This document shows, one piece after another, positions 51,189 to 63,446 of a DNA stretch of 64,000 bases (the first letter of the stretch is position 1; the number at the start of each line of letters is the position of its first letter). Both the position numbers and the translations under genes were made by a program. Under the pieces are notes generated by a model that saw only the letters and a program-made list of their open reading frames with translations, searched no databases and was not told where the DNA came from. The DNA comes from Raillietiella orientalis (lineage: Eukaryota). The stretch is taken from the NCBI GenBank assembly GCA_036172245.1, contig JAYWIR010000040.1, forward strand, positions 682,001-746,000. The letters are read 5' to 3'.

Positions 51189-51553
51189 AGCCGACCTTGC
51201 GGCACCAGGCGAGCTCCCGAAATCGCCGAGAGGAAAAGGCAAAGAGAATCGACTCCACGCCCAAGTCGCGGTACGAATCCACCCAATTCCAGCCAGAGCT
51301 GTGCATCTCGCAGGAAGAAGCAGGCCTCTCAAGAAGTCGGTCGAGGTTCCGGCTGGACCGAAGAGAAAATCCAGCGCCTTCAGGGAGCGCAGTTTTCCCA
51401 GGCAACCGAGGATCCGCAAGTCGGGAGCGCGCGCTCAAGTGTTGATGATGGAGCCCGCGATGGTCTCATTTGGGTTGCTCTCCCTCTCTCTCCCTCAAGA
51501 GAGAGAGAGAGAAGGGGAGAATCTGCCGGGAGGAAGATGAGAGAAATGCTCAC

Positions 51554-51641
51554 CTGACGTGTCCCAGATGATGATCTTCACGCGCGAGCCCTGGAACTCC
51601 GTCGTCACCTCTTTTACGTCGAAGTTCGTGGGGACGTATTC
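51554..51641 (-). CDS. RND: Rnd-like GTPase exon 2 (switch I to G3), 88 bp
   Basis: TGCAG acceptor, EYVPTNFDVKEVTTEFQGSRVKIIIWDTS+G, GTGAG donor (phase 1). Confidence 0.95.
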
Positions 51642-53621
51642 CTGCAGCAGACACAGAGACGGCAGGTCAGTCCCGCGGGAAGGAAGAGACACGCTGGCTC
51701 CTTGGCCAATCCTTGGAATTCTCGCGACCTTTTCAAGCCTGCTGTTCCTCCTCCCCGTTCCTTCTCCCGTCCTATCCCTTTTCTTTCGCTCCCTCTTTTT
51801 TCATCTTTTTTTTTTTGTGCCTCTCTTTCAGACTTCGCTTTTGCACTTTCCGCGAGCGTCCACAGGAGCCCCTGAGGGGCGTTTGTCCCTTTCTCCCTCC
51901 TGCCTCTGATCCTAAGATTCGATTCCTTCCGTTCCCCACCGTTCCGTGTTCGTCTTCGCGCTCCCTTTTCTTTCCACCTCCTAGACCACAGCCGCCGGTC
52001 CACCCTCCACCTCTTTCAGCTCGCAAACGAGCACCATCGCTCTTTCTCAGCACGCTTTCAGGGTCCGCTTTCCTGGAGGCTCCAGATTCCCGCGATTTTC
52101 CAGACGAGACAAAAGGGGAAGAGCGGAAGGAAAGATGCACCTCCGCTCCAGCATTCCAGAGCGTGCGCTCGCATGCCGCAAATGCCTTCCGTCCCGCCTT
52201 GTCGTCCCCAGCCCCCATGAAAGTGGGACCTCGTGGGGGAACCGCGAGGTTCCACATTCCAGGGGAAGGAGGAACGGGGCAAGGGAACTCTCGACGATGG
52301 CGCACAGGAGCAGGCTGGAGCAGAGGTAGAAAGAGCACGCTGGCCGCCGCCGGCAGGCTCGCCCGTTGCTCCCTGCGGTTGGCCTTCCCCTTTCGGTGAG
52401 CTTCCTTCTTGGGCGCGTCTGCTCGGCAGGACGTTGCCCTCGATGAAGACGGCGCTCACAGGAAACTTCGGACTCCCCCAGGGGTCCAAAGGACTTGCTA
52501 GTCTGAGGAATGAAGGCCGCAGGAGGTGAAGAAGGAGGAGGATCATCATCCCCCTCCGATCCCGGGGACTGCCTCCGGCAATGACGTCACCAGGGAACTC
52601 CGCACCATCACGGAGACGAAGGGAATCCTTGGAGGATGGCCTCGGGGCCGAAGGGGAGCTACGGGGAAAGCGGTCTGGTAGGCGGTTCGGACGGGAAGCG
52701 AGGGGCATCGGCGAAGCGGGGAGCGCACGGCGGCGACGAGAGAGGCGTGGAGTCCGGGATGAAATTGGTCTGCAGCGGAACCATGGTGGCAAGGCTGCAA
52801 GGAAGGGAGCCAATCCGTTCGCACTCAATTCGCCCTGTTCCCTGAGGCTCTGCCCCTCCGAGGAGACCCGGGACGCTCTTCCCGAGAAGGCAAAAACGCG
52901 GAAAAACTGAGCAGAGGGAGCGTGGAGGGGGAGCATCCATGGAAGGGTAGCCTGGAAACCCCTGGCAAAGGGCGGAGTGAGGGCTCGCTTCTGCGATCCC
53001 GCAGGAGCTCCCATTCTCCCCTTTGAGGGAGGGGGCGACGCCTGCCGGGAACTGCCTCACTCGGGTTCGCTCCCACCCACACGGGTGGCGAGAGGAAAAG
53101 GGGACTTTGGCAGCACGAGCCCTCCCGCTGGAGAGTTCCTGGTGTGGGGACGCCCCGAGAGGGGAAGGAAGGCTCACAAACCCGTGAGTCTACTCGAGAA
53201 AAGACCCACGCACTTCCGGCGTTGCGCGACCTCAGGGAGTCCGGCCTGTGGCTCCTTCCTCTTGACCCCGAGCGCCCCTTCTCCCCTGCCAGTGGGGACG
53301 CTCGGTGCCCTCCCGAGGACTTGCCGGATTTGCGGGACGAGTTCCCGTCCCGTCCCTCGCTCCCGCCTACTGCCCCGGAGGCGCGCGCCCTCGTTCGTCA
53401 AAGCGATGGCGGAGGGGACTCCGGAGCGCGCCGTGAAGCGTCCCATCTCTCTCGTCCCCTTTCCACTCCTTCCTCTCTCCCGAACGCATCCATCCATTCA
53501 ATGCCTCCTCCTCCTCTCCGCTCCCTGGAATCAGGCTGGGGAGAAAGGGGGAAGGAGGGGAGATAAGGACTCCTCCACCGTCAGGCTGCGCGCATGAGAA
53601 GCCCCCTTCCCCCTTCCCTAC

Positions 53622-53777
53622 CTCTGCGAACTTGTCCTGGGTGAGCCTCGTGATGAGGCACGTCTTGCCGCACCGCTCGTCGCCCACCATGATGACCTTG
53701 CACTCTGCCGTCCCGGTCGCTCCCGGTCCTCCCGCGGGTCCTCGTTCCGGGAGGTACGCGGGGCACGCGGGGCGCTC
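53622..53777 (-). CDS. RND: Rnd/RhoE-like Rho GTPase, first recognisable coding exon (P-loop); 5' boundary uncertain
   Basis: Translates ...ECKVIMVGDERCGKTCLITRLTQDKFAE then GTAGGG donor at 53621. Candidate acceptor (pyrimidine tract + AAG) at 53779-53778; the only upstream in-frame ATG is at 54359. Confidence 0.88.
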
Positions 53778-54110
53778 CTTGCCGGCGATGGCGGAAAAGG
53801 GTGGGAGGGCGGGAGGGAAAGTCTGCCGCCGCGCAGTCACCCGCGAGCGACCAGGACGCCGCAGCGGTCGCGTGCCACAATCCGTCGAGGCAGGCAGGCC
53901 GGGAAGGAATGCGGGACGCGCGCGCGCGTACGCTTTCCGGGGGGATGCTCGAAGGATGCGCGGGAAGGATGCGCGGGGCCTGAGGCTTGAGCGGGACACG
54001 AGCCTGCTTTCCGATGAAACCCCGGCGCCGGGAAGGCGAGTCACGTGATCTCTTCCCGCCGCCGATGTCGCCGGCTGGTCGCGGAAGGGGATCGAAGCAA
54101 GGGGAACGAG
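53700..54110. promoter_or_regulatory. CpG/GC-rich island near the 5' end of the Rnd-like gene, with an E-box (TCACGTGA at about 54041-54048)
   Basis: Dense CG dinucleotides over and upstream of the first coding exon, plus a palindromic CACGTG. A promoter role is inference. Confidence 0.35.
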
Positions 54111-57100
54111 CGAGGAGAGAGGGCTGAGGATGACGACGGGAGAACGGAAGGGGAAGAGGAAGAAGAAAGCAAGAGGCAGGTGAGCAGCTAACAGGAGATG
54201 AGGAGGAGGAGAGAGTCGGAAGAGAGGATCAGGAGGAAGAGGAAGAAGAGGAATGTTCCCGAGTGATTTCCCCGCCGTGGGCTCCTCGGTGGAATGGGTG
54301 CAAGAAGCGTCTCTCGACGAGTTTTTCACCTTTCCTCTTCCTTTCTTTCCCCTCTTCATGCTCACAGCCCTTCCCAGACGTAAAAGAAGCCCTAGAGACC
54401 ACCTCACTCCTTCCTTTTTCCTCTCTCATCATCCACCCGATCTCCCTCATTCGTTCTCACGAAGAGAAAGTTGGGACCTTCGAAAAGGGACCATCAGTTC
54501 GCTTCTTCTCAGGAAGAAATGGAAGAGAGGGGGAGGAACGAATGCTAAGGATGCTCTTTCAAAAGAGCGAAACGCGATCCTGGTTCCACCCCGCGTTGAT
54601 TGTCCCTCCATCCTTCTCCGCGAGCAGCAAGGCGGAAGAGTCGAGTTCTCCCGTTGGGCTGGAAGGGGGAGCTTTGCTGCAAGGCGGGGATCGTTTGCCC
54701 TTGTCTACCCTTTGCCCCTACCCCCACGCGTAGGTGGCGGCCGCATCGGAAGGATAGGGCGCTCTCTCCGCATAGAGTGCGGGATGAGCGAGCCAGCGCT
54801 CTGGATGGGCAAGCTATCCCTGCTCTACCCCCAATGACGGGTGCGAGCGAGGAAGTAAACAGGTGGGAAGTGTGGTCTGGGGCTGTCCCCATCGGCTGAG
54901 ACGGGGTCCACAGTCAGCCTGCTGGCCGGACGCGATGCCTTGGAGACAAACTTTCCGGCGCCAGCGCGCTCAAAATGGCGCGGCCGGAAACCCTGGAGCT
55001 TCATACATTTCCATCCTACCACGCTCATGGAGCTCTCCCCTGAGGAGCCCAGCGGGCGCCTTTTTTCCGTTCCCCAAAGACATCTCCATTCTGGCAGGAG
55101 CTCTTTTAAAAATGACGATAGAGTCAACGAAGGCTGCGCGCAACAGGAAGCGCTGCGAACCCAACGGGTCGTGGCATCCCAGGAAGCAAGCGTTCCTTCG
55201 AGCAGCTCCCGAAGATGGCGACACGACCCATTCTCCTCAGAGAAAGACCCAGAGAGGGAGCCTGGCAGAGAAAGATAAAAGCCCGAGACCAGTCTGACCA
55301 CCACTTTCACCCCTCTTCCGAAAGAAAGTGGCAGGAGAAGAGCGCTAGGCGACCAGGAGAGCAGCTTTCCGGTGCGCGACCTCACCTCTCTTGCAGCCTC
55401 CATCCTGGCAACATTCCACTCCGAGCATGCCTTTTCCACTCGGTTCCCCTTTCCTCCTCTTCTTCTATAAGAGGAAGGAAACGGAAAGCAGCTGATCTTT
55501 CCTTTCATCTTCCTTCGGTCGCGGCTTCTTTCTTGCCGGAAGAATACTTTGGCCTTCGGGATTCTGCAAGCAAACTCGACCCTTCTCTGTCCTTTCCAAC
55601 CTCCTGACTGGTTTCCGAGGAAGCTCTAGAAGAGCCTAAGGATGCTCGTATTAGAATGGACCTGCCTGTCACAGAACAGAGATGCCCAAGGAAGGAAGAC
55701 CAGAACAAACCAACGGTGCCTCCTTCTTCATGACCCTTGAGGAGAAGAAACAATGCTAATCACCTGGGGACTTGTTTACAGAAGACTAACGCCATCGCAA
55801 GTCGCAGTTTCTTCCTCCGGAAGATGAACAGGCAAGGAAGGAAAAGTCACTCGGTTGGAGCGTGTAAGCCATCTTCAGGGATGGTCACCATTTCCCACCC
55901 TCACCCTTCCTGCCATGTACAGGTCCTCCTCCTTCTAACTTGGGAGGAGGCGGTGCAAGAATATCTGGGAAGAGGCCTGTTTTCTCCACGACGCACCCTC
56001 TCCCCCTACCGCAGCATCTGCCCAAGCAGCCAGAATCCAGAGTTTTCGAAAGAGATAGGCCACAAGGCGACAGGGCTCTTGTAGGAGGCGTTTCTTCGGC
56101 AAGAGGCGGTCAGAACAGCGAGAGATCACGCTCCAGGCAGCTTCCGCTGTAAAAGCCTTGTAGAGGAGGAAGTCTTACTCTTCCTGCTTCTCTTCTTTCC
56201 TCCTCCTCCATCTTCCCGCTGAATTTCTACTCCTGAAATGAAGCTCGGTATAAGTGATCATTCCCGAAGACTCCGCGCAACGATCGTGCCCCAAAGGACG
56301 GAAATTCCTGCGAATCATTTCGGGAGTTTGTGCGAACTTCCGGACGTCTTCTGGGAACGTAGAAACTTCTGGGAGAAACTTTCCCGGTCTTCTCGTAATC
56401 AGAGATTCGGCAGCTCCCTCTTCTCTTTCTTCCTCTTCTCTTTTCCTCCATCTTCTTTTTTTACAAAGAAGGGGGGGCGGGCGAGAAGCAGATGACAGCA
56501 GCTGCATCGGGACTCCAAGCCATTCGCGTTCGAGAGGGATCCGAAATGACTCCTGAGGCAAGGAGTCACTATTCCTTCGGGAAGGGAATCCGTCCAGCCG
56601 CCGCCACCAAGATGGGAGGTCCCCAGCAGCCGGAAGCAGGACGGAGCAGTGACAGGAGGAGTCTCTTGGGACGAGCTGAAGCCACCCGCGGACAGGCGAG
56701 AACGCCGCGCCGTGCTGGGGTGCCGCACCGTGCGCCAGGATACTTTGCCCATTGCGGCTGAGTCACCTTCACCGGAAGCACCGGCTGCAGATCGGATGAG
56801 AGGACCATGAGCCTTGCCTCCTCATAGGCAGATCGTCTCCGCTGGGGGAGGATGGAGTGGGTGGAGGGCGTTTCTTGAAGCTTCGGAATGGAAGAACCGC
56901 CGGTTGGCAGTGTTTGGAGATGCCTGCTCTTCCCAGAAGGAAAAACCTGGAAGTTCGGAACGGGATTTGTCCGATCGACGCTCGGGGAAGGGGAGGGAGA
57001 GAAGCGCGGGATTCTATCAGTCGGGAAGGAGGGAGAGGGAGGGAGGAAAAGAGCGGAAAAAAAAAATCCCTCTCGAACCCACGCAGAGGGCACGCAGAGG

Positions 57101-57679
57101 GTTCCAGCTCACCTGATTGGTGCGGTGCGTCTCGCCAGATGTGCCGGCAGCAAGCGGAGCCCCACGAGGGAGCGAACGCGCGGGTCAGGTCCGACGCCCC
57201 CGCCGCTGTTATCCGGCGAGATGAAAAGCCGAGCGGCGATGGAGTGCTCCGGAGCATTCCGAACGAGGGAAAGGCGCATCGGTAATTGAGAAAGTGTCAG
57301 GCGGGAGATGAATCCTCTCTCCGAGGTGGGCGGAAATGCCCCGCAACTGCTCTCTCTCGAGTCGCCAAGTGAGATGAAGCCGAAACGAGAGCAGCGAGCC
57401 AGGACGTTCCCTCGGAAGCTGGAGGCCGACCCGCCACGGAGGATGCGCGATCACTAGGGGTCTCCGCGTTGATCCGAGTCGCTTCCTCTTCCTGTTGGCA
57501 AGGACGCGGGCGTGCGAGGCCTGCGTGCTCATTCCAGGAAGGGTTGGGAATACACGTAAATGTACATTTCCATTTCTCCCAGAACCCCTCCCCACCCTTT
57601 CATTCCCCCCCCCCCTCCCCACGACGGCTTTGCAGCGCGACTTTTTCTCCCATCAACTCCCGGACGGCCGCTCTCCGCG

Positions 57680-58060
57680 GTGCCGCGACGATCGAAAGAC
57701 GCTGCCAAGTAGCGGCGAGCCATCCGGGATCGAGCGGGAGTCTTCGGCACGCGTGGGCAGGCGCACATCCTCCTCGGGAAGCCGGAAAAGAGCTGCGCTG
57801 AGATCGCCCGGCTGGGCACTAGGAGCAGAAGGAGGACGGTACAAAAATCCTCATGACCTTCTCTCCGACCACGCTCACACGACGCCTCTGGCAGAAGCTC
57901 ACGTGCCGCCCACAGCAATCGGGGCAAGTCGGCACACGAGCAGCATGCGCGAGCTTCCCCCCACCTTCTGGGCAAAGGGCAAGTGGGGACTGCGCTGGGC
58001 CCTGAGGGCTCGTGCCCTGGAGGACGGACGTGGACAGCGCTGAATAGGAAGGTCCACAAT
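57680..58060 (-). mobile_element. Non-LTR RT fragment
   Basis: QGTSPQGPAQSPL (GxPQG..SP) followed by RYLAASFDRR (KYLG..FD) in the expected order. Confidence 0.4.
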
Positions 58061-58599
58061 CGCGGCGCACTCGACCCCTGCGTCTCTAGGATGGAGTGGT
58101 GATGCTTTGACCGCAGGGCTCATGGCTAGAGGGCCAGCTCGAAAGAACTATCGCAACCCGCGAAAATGAAGGAAGGAGCAGGAAGAGCGAACGCGCGCCC
58201 CGGCAGCTGACGGGGCTTTCCGATCTTCCGTTCCGTGCCTGGTTCCGGGATGGCGGGCTCTCCCGCTTCCTCAAGGACGTTCCCTTCGTCTCGCCGTGTC
58301 TCTGCGAGCCGCCGTGGGGCCGACCACCTCTCACGACGCAAGCACGCCGCCCAACCTCCCGTCCTCGGATCACCGAATCACCTCCGTCTTCTCCTGGGAG
58401 AGTATCTTCCAGACGAGATCTTTGGGTTCACGGAACAGAGGCCTTCCTTCCGATGAGGAAGACCAGGCCGCCGCTTGGTGGTTCTGGAATACGACCTCTG
58501 ACGGAGACCCCGGAAACGCAGCCCCGAGGACTTCGCCGCTCGCTCGCGCTGGGGGCTGTTCACCGAGACCAACGGACACACGACAGGGAACGGTGGGGA

Positions 58600-59300
58600 C
58601 TCGCGGCTTGAAGGTGCTGCTGGGAACGAGCCGAGATGGCCGGCGCGCAGACTGAAGAACGGCTTCTTTCGGGCAGAGGGGGAAGGGGGGGACAAGGGAT
58701 GACTAGTTTGCAGGGAGCCTCCTGCATCCTCCGGAGGATGCCTTTCGCGCGTCCTCAGCAGCCGCCATTCCCCGCGTGCAGAAAGCGGATCTCCTTCTGC
58801 TCCTAGTGCCAGCAGTGCATCCCGCACGAAGAGGCGCCCGAACAGCGCCTCTGGAATTACCCCCGGAGGACGACTGAAAAGCGTTCCCACAGGGGCCAGA
58901 GGGCAACAGGGTCAAGTAACAAAATGGTCTGTTTATTTTTTCAAAAAACTAAAAATAAAATAAAGGTACCCCGACGCACCCGGGTGAGAGACCTCGGGCG
59001 ACGCACCGGGCCGCAGAGGGGCAAGTGGCGCTGCAGGCGGTAGTGTGCCTTGCACGAAAAGGAGCTTCAGAACGCCTCCGGGGCTGTCCCCGGACACCGC
59101 AAGGGCAGCGGAATCCATAGGAACCTGCGAGAGAGATCCTCCCTCTCCACTCCTGGCATAGTCCGGATCCGCGCCTCCCCAGCACTGGTGATTCCGAAAT
59201 GGGGAAAGGGGAGTCCAGGGAACTTCCCCCTGCTTTTCACGAATCCCCTAAGCAATCCACTGGAAACCGGGTTCCCAGGAATCACCTGCCACAGCCGCTG
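58600..59300 (-). mobile_element. Two tandem L1/Tx1-like 3' fragments separated by a plus-strand LINE terminus
   Basis: EALFGRLFVRDALL (about 58850) and GGADPDYARSGE...GGVLKLLFVQG (about 59050-59190) match the family; AATAAAG..CCCCGAC..CCGGGTG on the plus strand at about 58959-58986. Confidence 0.55.
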
Positions 59301-60599
59301 CTGTGATCACTGTCACATTAGAACCAATTTCCCGCAAAGCAGAGAAATCTTCAGCAGCTCCCCGTTTCGCCTTCCGATCGCAGCATCATCACTTCCTCTG
59401 TAGCTATCCTCGCATCCCGTAGCCAATGGGATGCGGATTTCCACTGCCAATGAAGGAAGGCCAAGAGGAAAAGGAAGGCGGAATCGTCTTGGGCACTTGG
59501 CTCCGGTGACCGTTACGGCTTCTCGTCCGAGGTCTCCCACCCCACTCTTACGTTTCGTGTTCTTCGGGAACGCCGTGTTTGGTGGTCCCGGGGTTTTGTT
59601 GGTGTCACGATAGGGAAACAGCGCTCCTTGCTTGGTTCCCGACCGATCCAGGTGCATTCCCAAGCCGTGGGCGCATCCCACCGCACGAGGCTTGCAGCTG
59701 CCCGTAGCCGCTGGAGAGCTCCACAAGGAAACCCTTCCTGAATTCATTCCCTAGGCGAGGGATCGCGGATGCTTCTGAGTTCGTCCTTCGCCTTCCCGTC
59801 ACGGGAGATAGAAATCCCGGATCCACTCTACGACGACGCCCACGTGGTTCCCAGATGCCTCCGGTCCTACTCGCGTGGTGGGCAGGCCTGCGTGGGCCTC
59901 TTCTTCCCTCGTTCCCGTTTCCATCGCTCCTCCCTTGCCCCACGACTGCCCGCATGCTGTCACCTCCAGTCCATATGACAGCGTCGTCCCCGGAAACAGA
60001 GAGGATGGGGGGGAGGGGGAGGGAGAGATGCACAGTGCAGGACAAGAGCGAAGGCAGAAGAAGATGCGTGTGAGAGAGGTATTAAAAACAGTGACGCAAC
60101 CGGTAATTCCTTTCGCACCTACAGAGGGCTCTCCGTTCGCCTCGAGTCCCGAAGATGGACCCTCCTTCCAGCCAGGAAGGTGAATCCAGCCTTTCTTTGT
60201 CACGCTGCGTCTGGAGCGATTCTCGACCTACCCTGCACCATCTTTTGGGCCTCGGTATCTCGAAAGACCCCCAACGGCGGCACCGTTGAACACGAAAGGG
60301 GCAGGGAAGCTTTCCCCGCTCCTCCTTGTTGCAGATCGCATGCTCCTGAGGGGAAGAGCGCATCTCCACGTGGAACGGGATCGCATGCTCCTTCCCTTCC
60401 TCCCCCCTCCTTCCTTCCCCTTCCCATGTGACCGGAGCGATGAGGCTGGGCCGTTAAAAAGGCGGGAGACCCGCAGAGACAGCCGGAGAGCGCCAGAGGG
60501 CAGGAAACTGTGAGTATAACTGCGCAAGTGCCGGGGCTCCCGCTATGCGCTGCCTGCCACTGCCGTGTCCGTCGCCTGCGCCCTCCTCCCCTCTTCTGC

Positions 60600-63200
60600 C
60601 GCCTCTTCCCGGCTCGCGGAGAAGCCTGCCGGACGGCGTGCCCGTCGGCAATCCCAGGGTGGACTCCAAGGAGGAACTGGTCGGAAGACCGCAAACTTCT
60701 GGAGCGCCACCTCGTCGCCAGCCGCCGCGGAGACCGCCTTCCGGCCTTCCTCCAGCAAGGACTCCTCTGCTCGTAAACCGACCGGGCGATCCAGGAGCCT
60801 GCCGAGTCGCTAGCGTTTTCTCCCGGATACGCCGTCTGAATGGGCAACTTCCGAAGGAACGCCTATAGCACGGGCCGGCCCGGGACCATCGCGACAGCCA
60901 CCAATGGGGAGAGGAGAAGTCACACTCCCCTAAAGAGTTACCCTTTGCGGGGGGGGGGGGGGAAGGGGAACAGAATGAACGAGACACGCCTGACCGTCGC
61001 GACTGCCTCGACCGCGATCTTCGAAGCTGGCCGCCGCTGGCGGGGCGGGGTCAGCTGTCAGCGGAGGCATGACTGAAGGCGAGCGACGCGATCCGGTGGT
61101 CCTCGCCCTCCCTTCCGTGGCCACCGTCGGCTCCAACACGCTGCCAGGACAAGTTCGGGAGAGAAACCCTTCCGCCAGCTTCCAGCATCCTCTACTGCAA
61201 GGAGGTCGCGGCGCTGCTGACAGCGCCCGGTACCGCTGAGCACGCACAGGGAGACTGCTGCTCAGTTGGTTGAGCCGGGAAGGACAGGATTCATTTCCGT
61301 CGGGGGAGCGCCAGAGAACCTGGAAGCGCTTGCCGCCCGTCCGCCGCAAGGATCTGCGGCGCTAGGGCGTCTCTGTCTGGGGTCAGGAGAGCCCCTGGCG
61401 CTCTCGGTCTGCAATGACGAAGACTGCAAGCAGGCGGGAAGCTCTGTCTTCGTTCTTCGTTCCCGAGACTTTCTGGTTGGAAGTTTCTTCCCTCAGCTCC
61501 AGTCCTTTCCAGGGTCCACTGCTGGTCTATGAAATACCTTCTTCACGAGAGCTGCATCGTCGCGGCTGCTGTTGCAGTTGTCGTCGTTTCCCAGTCTTCC
61601 CAAGGGCGTTCAGCCGCAGACTGCACGACCGTGCAGCAAAGAGCGGAGGCATCGAGCTGCACTCGGTTGCCATCGGAAGCGCGCCCATCCAAGGATCTGC
61701 CAGAAGATTCGGAAGTGGTCCGAGAAAGGAGGCACAACCGACGGGGCGGCCCTGCGCCTGAAGGAGACCCAGCCAACACCGCGAACGGCCTGGGGAGAAT
61801 CCCAAGGGAATCCCTCCCCTGGGATTGCGAATTGCGAGCGTCTCTCCAGAAGGGACGTCGCGCCCCTCCCCCCTGCTATGGAAGAGGGGAAGGACGTTCC
61901 AGGCTCTAAAAACCGAGGATGCTTCGGCACAAATTTCCAGATGAATGGGAACGTGGGCGATCCATCCCACGTAAAAGGGATGGCAGCCTAGCCGCAACCA
62001 CGAGCTGCATCCTCCGACACCTCTACAGGGAGGTGTCGCGCGCAGACGGGAAGGGCGAGTAAAAAATACGGGAGAGCTCGAAGTGGCTCCCGCGCCCAAT
62101 TCGCGTTTCCCTGCTGCTGCCGGCCGACTGGGTGGGTGGAGGCGGCTGCCGGCGGGAGGAAGTCGGCTCCATTCCCAGGGACAGCTGCTTTCCATCACTC
62201 GAGCCGCTGGAGCTGCTCAGAGGGGAACGATGTCTCCTTTCTTCTTTTCCCTTCTCTTTCGCTAAGATGCTGCGTCCTTGATGGAAAGAATGAAGCGGTG
62301 CGCGCTCAGCCTCGAGAGGATGCTGAAGATGGTTCTTCCACCCGAACGGATGGTTCCGAGATCCGAAGCGCACTTCTCTCGCTGCACGAAGAGCGTCCGC
62401 AAAGAGAGGAAGAGGGAGAGCTGAATGGCGTCCCTTTCAAAATCCGAGAATGGGTCTGGCGCGCTGCGGAGGGGACCCCTCTCGGAGCGCTGGATCGTAG
62501 ATGCTCCGGCGCAGGACCGAATCCGTGCTTTCCTCTGCTGATCAAAGAGATCCACAAGCTTTCCTTGACGTCTTGTCTTAAAGAGAGGCCTCTGTCCCAT
62601 TGAAGGAGGCTGCGGGAAAGGAGATCTCGCTTCCAGAGATTGCAGCTCTTGGTTATTTATTTACTTTGGAGCTTTCCCTTTTCCAGCAAGGAGCATTCCG
62701 TTTCGCGGTGGTTCGGGCCGCAGTTTTCGAAAGAGCGACCTTTCTTCTCGCAACATCCGTTACACAGCAGAAGTGATCGCATCGTGGTGCGCGATCTTCC
62801 GCGAAGGACGTGGCCTCAGAGTCGAGCGCAGCTCCGCCTGCCATGTCTGCGTGTTCCAGGCGGCAGACGAAACACGGAAGGAGAGCGGAGCAGCAAGGTG
62901 GCTCACGCGAGGACGTCGCCGTTGTCGCCATCTCGTCTGCAAGAAGCAGCCGGCTCTTATCCCGGCCCTCGGAGCGGGCGGCGACCACGCGTCCGGTGAG
63001 CTTGCCACGCTGGCCTCGAAGGCTTCCCGCGCTCCAAGCACGAGGACCGCTGCTGAAATCCGGACGCTGGATTCCAAGGGATACGTGAAGCGCCTCGAGG
63101 TGTGTTTGAACGATGGCGCTAACCAGGCGGCTCCACTCGAGGTCACCGAGACCTTTCTCGCGTTCCCTTTGAGGAAATGGCAGTGGCAACGAGACCGACG
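60600..63200 (-). mobile_element. Decayed non-LTR retrotransposon RT remnants (not Tx1-type)
   Basis: Colinear degenerate motifs: VRISAAVL..EAFE..AGIRAG (RPIS..K..E..Q.GFR), ALDSEATSF (LD..AFD), LRLG..VGWI, GIPLGFSP (GVPQG), LGLPTGTPSGRLLREPG. Confidence 0.5.
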
Positions 63201-63324
63201 CGACATTCCTTCTTGGACAAGCGGCATGCGAGAAATCGATGTGTTCGCGGATGTTTTCCGGTTTCTTCGCATCGCAGAGACCCTCCCGACTGTTTGTTTT
63301 CGCCGTCGAGGAGGCGGAGGTGCT

Positions 63325-63446
63325 GGAGAAAGAGGAAGGGGAGGAGGAAGGAAAAGGAGGAGGAAGAGGAACGAAAAAGAAAAAGAGGAGGAAAGGAGAA
63401 GAGGGGGAAAGGAAGAGGAAGAGGAAGAAAGGAAGAGTAGGAGAAA
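63325..63446. repeat. Polypurine (GA-rich) low-complexity tract
   Basis: About 120 bp almost entirely A/G. Confidence 0.9.

Noticed and set aside
49909..51557. Long overlapping ORFs (376, 403, 334 aa)
   Set aside because: R/P/A/G-rich frames open on both strands in GC-rich intronic repeat sequence, with no recognisable domain.
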